Positions 56,836 to 64,000 of a stretch of 64,000 nt of DNA are shown piece by piece. Source of the stretch: Eledone cirrhosa. Its lineage: Eukaryota. The stretch is from NCBI GenBank assembly GCA_964016885.1, contig OZ024746.1, positions 91,326,001 to 91,390,000 of the forward strand, written 5' to 3'. The notes beneath the pieces were generated by a model, which saw nothing but the letters and a program-made list of their open reading frames with translations, did no database searches and was not told the origin of the DNA. Both the position numbers and the translations under genes were made by a program. How positions within the stretch are numbered: position 1 is the stretch's first letter; each line of letters starts with the position of its first letter.

Positions 56836-56876
56836 GTATATATATATATGTATATATATATGTATATATATATGTA

Positions 56877-57255
56877 GTTTCTGAATTTGTTTAGCAAAAT
56901 TCTTTATCTGAAATCGTGTGTTGAAACCGATATTGTTATACTTTGGGAGGGTCATGTTGCCAATAAGAAACACACGCACCAGTTGCTTTCACTTCAATTT
57001 ATTATAATAAATTTATAATAAATTTATAAATTTCTGGTTGGTTGGTTGGTTCCACAACCAGACAGCCGTTTATATATAATCATAGTTCTTTCGTCACACA
57101 CTCTGTGACCTCCTCAGCGACTGGGGACCCCTCTCTTTGTTTCTGTGCCTCTCCCTTCTTCTGTCCCACGCCATTTTGTTTCTGTGTGTGTGTTGTGTGC
57201 TCAGTCTGCGCATGCGCCACATCCGGCAACATGACTCTCCCAAAGTATAACAATA
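56877..57255 (-). mobile_element. Penelope-like/retrozyme-type element with 31-bp inverted duplication, inserted in (TA)n
   Basis: TATTGTTATACTTTGGGAGGGTCATGTTGCC (56931-56961) vs GGCAACATGACTCTCCCAAAGTATAACAATA (57225-57255), 1 mismatch; homologous to 25230-25541. Confidence 0.75.
57078..57122 (-). ncRNA. Minimal hammerhead ribozyme motif (HHR-B2)
   Basis: agucg CUGAGGA g gucac(agagugu)gugac GAAA g-aa-c UA ugauu. Confidence 0.65.
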
Positions 57256-57959
57256 TATATATGTATATATATATATATGTATATATGTATATGTATGTAT
57301 ATATATGTATATGTATATGTATGTATATATATGTATATGTATATATATGTATGTATGTATATATATATATATGTATGTATATATATATATATGTATGTAT
57401 ATATATATATGTATATGTATATATGTATATATATGTATATATATGTATATATATGTATATATATGTATATATATATATGTATATATGTATGTATATATGC
57501 ATATGTATGTATATATATGTATGTTTATATGTATATATATATATATGTATGTTTATATGTATATATATATATATGTATGTTTATATGTATGTTTATATGT
57601 ATATATATATATATATATGTATATATGCATATGTATATATATATATATGTATGTATATATATATATGTTTATATGTATGTTTATATATATATATATATGT
57701 ATATATATGTATATATATATGTATATATATGTATATATATGTATATATATATATGTATATATATATATGTATATATATGTATATATATATGTATATATAT
57801 GTATATATATATATATGTATATATATATATGTATATATATATGTATGTATATATGTGTATATGTATATGTATATATATATGTATATATATGTATATATAT
57901 ATATGTATATATATATATATGTATATATATATCTATATATATATGTATATATATATATG

Positions 57960-57990
<31 letters not shown>

Positions 57991-58028
57991 GTATATATAT
58001 ATCTATATATATATGTATATATATATGT

Positions 58029-58059
<31 letters not shown>

Positions 58060-58103
58060 TATATATATGTATATATATATGTATGTATATATGTATATAT
58101 ATG

Positions 58104-58142
<39 letters not shown>

Positions 58143-58357
58143 ATATATATATGTAAATATATATATATATATATATGTGTGTGTATATATATATGTAAAT
58201 ATATATATATGTATATATATATATGTAAATATATGTGTATATATATATATGTATAGATATATGTATAGATATATGTATATATATATGTATAGATATATGT
58301 ATATATATGTATAGATATATGTATAGATATATGTATATATATATGTATATATATATG

Positions 58358-58410
<53 letters not shown>

Positions 58411-58516
58411 ATATATATATGTAAATATATATATATGTATATATATATGTAAATATATATGTATAGATATATGTATAGATATATGTATATATATATGTAT
58501 AGATATATGTATATAT

Positions 58517-58564
<48 letters not shown>

Positions 58565-58589
58565 ATGTATATATATATGTATATATATG

Positions 58590-58620
<31 letters not shown>

Positions 58621-59194
58621 GTAATTATATATGTATATATATATGTAGATATGTAAATATATATGTATATATGTAAATATATATGTATATATGTAAATAT
58701 ATATATATGTAAATATATGTATATATATATATGTGTATATATATCTGTAAATATATGTATATATATATATGTGTATATATATCTGTAAATATATGTATAT
58801 ATATATATGTGTATATATATATGTATATATATATATGTAAATGTATATATATATATAGAGAGAAATAACAAAGTGAATGACACAGTACAATGAAGAAATA
58901 TATTAGTTTAATGCTTTATGTGTGTGTATGTATTATATACACATACATTTATAGGTTTTTATAAATGTTTTTTAATGAAGATCTTTATACATACTGACAG
59001 GGTATAGTTTTCATAATATTCTGGATGGGGAAATAATTGTTGAAAATATTTAAATATAATAATGGAAACATAAATATTGAAAGAAAAAGAACTCAATACA
59101 GAAAACAAAAGTCTGAATAATTTAAAGCTGAAATGAATGGGATGTAGTGTTGTGAGTTGTCTTTAATTCTACCTCGGTGGAGACACATATATAT

Positions 59195-59778
59195 GGTGTA
59201 GTGGCACTCCGTTGGCTACGACAAGTCTTCCAGTTGATACGATCAATACAAGAGTATGTGAAGTTAACATGAAGTGGCTGAGTATTCCACAGACACACAC
59301 ACCCTTAACATAGTTCTCAGGGAGATTCAACGGAGATTCAACAGATCAGCCTGCTTGTGAAATTAACGTGAAGTGGCTGAGTATTCCACAGACACACATA
59401 CCCATAACATAGTTCTCAGGGAGATTCAACAGATCAGCCTGCTTGTAAAATTAACGTGAAGTGGCTGAGTATTCCACAGACACACACACCCTTAATATAG
59501 TTCTCAGGGAGATTCAACAGATCAGCCTGCTTGTGAAATTAACGTGAAGTGGCTGAGTATTCCACAGACACACACACACCCATAACATAGTTCTCAGGGA
59601 GATTCAGCATGACACAGAATGTGACAAGGCTGACCCTTCAAATTACAGACAAAACTCATTTTTGCCAGCTGACTGGAGTGGAGCAGTGTGAAATAAAGTG
59701 TCTTGCTCAAGGACATAACCTGCTGCCAGGAATTGAACTCATGAGCCAAATACTCCTAACCACAAAGCCATGCACCTT
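59195..59778 (-). mobile_element. SINE whose internal ~88-bp segment is tandemly amplified ~4x
   Basis: Units AACAGATCAGCCTGCTTGTGAAATTAACGTGAAGTGGCTGAGTATTCCACAGAC..GGAGATTC followed by GTGAAATAAAGTGTCTTGCTCAAGG and a tRNA-like head. Confidence 0.8.
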
Positions 59779-61014
59779 CATACTACAAAATACTAATATT
59801 GTAGAAAAAGGAGTTGACTGGATCTTAAACCACAGTTTCTCTTTCTGTCAGAATTGCTATTACTTAAATTGACTGACAAGTTCTCCGATCCCATTCAAGG
59901 GTAGAACTCGTCAAATTGGACCATGTAAACAATGTTTCCATTGGAATGAGAATATGCTGATTTGCTGCCTTGGTTTATAAAAGGTGTTTGAATATTTGCT
60001 CATTTCTCAGACATTAAGGGAGGAAGTCAGCTTATATACAATAACTCAGCACTCTCAGTTATTCTGTACATCAACTTTTCTTTGTAGTAATGTTAAGGAG
60101 CCATTGATAAGATCCCAGACCTCGTTCTCTGACTAAGTGGGGTGGAACTTGTCAAATTGGACCAAGGAAACAATGTTTCCATTGGTTTTTCCATTGTTGA
60201 TACTATCTACTGGCCTCAACTCCTGGCAGAAAGAAATAAAGTATCTTGCTTAACCCTTTAACATTTACTTTACTCTATATATACTATTGTATTTTCATGG
60301 TAAGGCTTTATCTCACATAATATCAAATGAGATTTTGATATTTATTTTGAGAACAATACCTTAACATCAGTATGAGTGGCCGGTTACAGCCAGTTTGAAC
60401 AGAAAGAGGTGAGAAAATGCTGGCCAGATATGGCTGGTTAAGGATATAAGGCATTGCCCAGTCTGGGAATCGAACTTGCAAACTCACAATTGTGAATCCA
60501 GTTCTTTAACCACTAAGCAATGTGCCTTCACAAATAGCTATATGTCTAGCTTAAAATATCATTATATATGGGTTTTAGATTGATGTGTTAGGAATCATCC
60601 TTTCCAAGTATATTTGGCTACGGTTGGGTAGATTCTAAAGTTCTCTTTGCAACTGTACGACCAGCCCTTTCCACAAATGATTCCTGCCATAGCTTTTGTG
60701 AGTGAAAATAAAATTAAGGTGGGGTGGCCATAACCGGGATTCTTTTGGCTATAAGGTCTGCTCTGTTGATTAACCCGGGGCTAAACAACAACAGCAGCAG
60801 CAGCAAAAAAGTTGTGAAATAGAAATTGATTTAATGTTTAGTGAAACACCATTTCGTTTCGATTTTTCTTTCATTTTTAAAGACAAATATTTCTATCCAA
60901 TTGTTTTTATTAAGTTTGTTTTCAAAAGACCCCCCCCCCCCCCCCCCCCGCAGAACTGCTATTTTCAGCGTGATATAGCCTTAAACTTTCTAACTTTGAA
61001 TATTTGTGTATTTC

Positions 61015-61493
61015 CCATGTAATGCCGTGTAACACAGTCTATAGTTCCTCCTCCTTCCACCATGTAATGCCATGTAACACAGTCTATAGTTCCTCCTCCT
61101 TCCACCATGTAATGCCATGTAACACAGTCTATAGTTCCTCCTCCTTCCACCATGTAATGCCGTGTAACACAGTCTATAGTTCCTCCTCCTTCCACCATGT
61201 AATGCCGTGTAACACAGTCTATAGTTCCTCCTCCTCCTTCCACCATGTAATGCCATGTAACACAGTCTATAGTTCCTCCTCCTTCCACCATGTAATGCCG
61301 TGTAACACAGTCTATAGTTCCTCCTCCTTCCACCATGTAATGCCGTGTAACACAGTCTATAGTTCCTCCCCCTCCTTCCACCATGTAATGCCATGTAACA
61401 CAGTCTATAGTTCCTCCTCCTTCCACCATGTAATGCCGTGTAACACAGTCTATAGTTCCTCCTCCTTCCACCATGTAATGCCGTGTAACACAG
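61015..61493. repeat. 45-bp minisatellite, ~10.5 copies
   Basis: CCATGTAATGCC(G/A)TGTAACACAGTCTATAGTTCCTCCTCCTTCCA. Confidence 0.95.
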
Positions 61494-62170
61494 GATTTCT
61501 GAAGTTGTATTCAATGGTCAGAAGCCTTTCTCAATGCTAAATCTTATCTTTTAATCCTTTTAATACCAACTCAGCCAAAACCTGTACTTGTTATATGAAA
61601 GAAAATCACCCATTTTGAAAGAGTTCCTATTTATATCAAAATCTTAGTAGTGAAATAATTAATAATTTTAGTAAATCCCCATTAATTTTTCATTATATAG
61701 AGAGTATTTCATTAGAAATACAGTCATATGAGGGTTAAGTTACTTATTTAACTGGCTTCCACACATAGGTGCTGAACATATTGTCACCAACTTCCCAACC
61801 TTTCATTACATATGTTGTGTATGTGTTTTAGTAGGCATGGAGTTGCTTGCAAATATATCCACATTAGGTATACCTTTATGGTTACTAAATAAAAGAAAAA
61901 CATCACTGTATATTTTTATTTATCTTGTGAAGAAATAACATTACCGATCTGATAACAAAAAAACCATACAAATCATTACTTGTTATTATTGATCTAGAAA
62001 ACCAATATCTGATCCCTCACAAAAGATGTACAATAGCAACTGGCAGATGGCAGTAAAAACTGGAATCTTTCAGAAAAATATTTACCTGGATTTTTATTTA
62101 AATTATTTAAATATTTGTTGTTGTTGTTATTGTTGCTGATGTTGTTAAATGTGCTCCAAGATCCATAATA

Positions 62171-62550
62171 ATGGTTTCTTATATAGGCACAAGGCCAGCA
62201 ATTTGGGGGAAGGGGAAAGTCAATTAAATCGACGCCAGTATATTACTGGTACTTTATTTTATTGAAAGGCAAAGCTAACCTCAGCAAGATTTGAACTCAG
62301 AATGTAAAGGGCCTTAACTCTATGCCACAAAGCATGGTGTCTGACACTACCGATTCTGCCAATCCACCGCCCTAATAACTGATTTAGGTGCAAGGTCAAC
62401 AATTTTGGGTGAAAGGGAAAGTTGATTAAATTTTCCCCAGTACTGGTACTTTATTCTTCTATCAACTCTGTAATGATGAAAGGCAAAGCTAACATTGGTA
62501 GGATTTGAACTCAGGACGTAAAGGGACATAACTATATGCCACAAAGCATT
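62171..62550 (-). mobile_element. Two tandem SINE family A copies
   Basis: 62171-62371 and ~62377-62550. Confidence 0.8.
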
Positions 62551-63454
62551 TCACCTATTTCACCTTTTATTTTGTTCAGTTTATCTTTTCTTATCTTCTC
62601 TCTTTCTCTTCCCTCTTCCTCCCTCTCTCTTTCTCTCCCCCTCACTCCTCTTCCTTCCTCTCTCCTTCTCTGCTCCTCCCTCCTCTTCCTCCCTCTCTCC
62701 TTCTCTGCTCCTCCCTCCTCTTCCTCCCTCTCTCCCCCTCCCATTCTTCCTCACTCTCTCCCCCTCCCATTCTTCCTCACTCTCTCTTCCTCTCCCTCTC
62801 ATTCTTTGTTTCTTTTATTTTTTCTCCATTGCTTATCTTCTATTATATTATATTCTATTATATTCTATCTTGTCCTTGTTGCTAGATGTATTATATCCTG
62901 TCTTTGTTGCTAAGATGTATAAACCAGCTTCAGTTTAGTCCTTCCTTAATAGTTGACATTCCATCCTTGATTCATCTTCAGGATGACTCGAGTCAGATTC
63001 TTCTCTGTTTCTTAGATTAACCTCTGTCAAATCAGGCAACCAAAGATAGCTTTCAGCATGAAGTGGTTCTTCCTATCATTGGAAATATCACAGACAAACC
63101 ATCTACTCACAACAAACATCAGTCACGAACTAATCCTAACAGAGGCTAACTTATCCCTGACCTTTTCTTTGGACTCTCTCTCTCTCTCTAGCAAGTCTGA
63201 GTTATTTGTAGGAGATGACTTTTAATGGTGAACTACAACAGAATAAATAGTTGAGCAGATCAAGTGGTATGGCTGTATGGTACTTAGATTTGAACCAGAT
63301 ATTTCTGGGTAATCTCCTACACACAGTCTGGTATTATGGCCAAATAGTGTGTCACCATAGGGTCAGGTTGCTTTGGGAGTGAAATTGGGTTGACAGAAGC
63401 CTATCAGAATGTAGTGCGTGTGTTTTTGCGTTTACACACACACACATATATATA

Positions 63455-63630
63455 CAGTTGTCCCCGGTATTTGTGCGGGGTTACATGCCTAGAGCACTTG
63501 CGAAGAGTGAAAAACCGCGAATATTGGATATGGTTCATAAAAATGCCTATAAACGTCAAAACATAATGTAAAATATAGGCTGGAAAATTCGGCAAATAAC
63601 TGAGACCACGAATGCCAAGAGTACATTGTG
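63455..63630. mobile_element. Tigger/pogo-like MITE relic
   Basis: TA|CAGTTGTCCCCGGTATTTGTGCGGGGTTAC..GCGAAGAGTGAAAAACCGCGAAT resembles Tigger termini. Confidence 0.6.
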
Positions 63631-63640
63631 TATATATGTA

Positions 63641-63671
<31 letters not shown>

Positions 63672-63844
63672 TAGTTTTGCGAGGTTTTTTATATGAAATC
63701 GTGTTATACTTGGGGAGGGTCATATTTGTGTAATATTGCCAGAATTAATAACAGAACACACTCACTGTTTGGTTGGTTTTTGGGGTTTTTTTTTCGCTTC
63801 TCGCTGTCTTTTATATCGGTAATCTAAATTACTCGGTCCTCAAT

Positions 63845-64000
63845 GTTGCCATTGACTGACCGACGGTCAAAAATAATACAGATACAATATAGACACAAAC
63901 ACATATATATAGTTTATCATATGGTTGATAAACTATATATATGTGTTTGTGTCTATATTGTATCTGTATTATTTTTGACCGTCGGTCAGTCAATGGCAAC
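63845..64000. repeat. Perfect palindrome: 75-bp arms (63845-63919 / 63926-64000), 6-nt spacer TATGGT, truncated by the window end
   Basis: Base-by-base reverse-complement match up to the last base. Confidence 0.95.

Noticed and set aside
56940-56960. GGAGGG followed by a short stem, twister-like 3' end
   Set aside because: No upstream twister core or pseudoknot partners.

Overview
AT-rich, repeat-saturated eukaryotic genomic DNA, most likely a cephalopod (octopod): huge (TA)n/(CA)n tracts, octopus-type tRNA-derived SINEs and RTE/CR1 LINE fragments. Nearly all ORFs in the supplied track are microsatellite translations or LINE debris. The only convincing host coding sequence is one 135-nt phase 1-1 exon (43194-43328, +) encoding an LDL-receptor class A module with 8 Cys, so much of the window is probably intron or flank of a large + strand gene. 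The main unannotated signal is a set of minimal type I hammerhead ribozymes (HHRs) read by eye. Four copies (2473-2547, 17991-18055, 24333-24387, 50444-50499, all minus) plus one 3' half (51045-51110) share one architecture: an extended stem II with a C.C mismatch at the 4th position despite divergent sequence, a 2-bp stem III with a 4-nt loop, then AATAAA and a microsatellite. A second HHR type (25346-25388 +, 57078-57122 -) sits in a short element with fold-back inverted duplications. Several long inverted repeats, including a perfect 75-bp-arm palindrome running off the window end, fit Penelope-like/retrozyme-type elements inserting into microsatellites. All structures were folded by hand; no activity or database match has been tested, and repeat boundaries are approximate.
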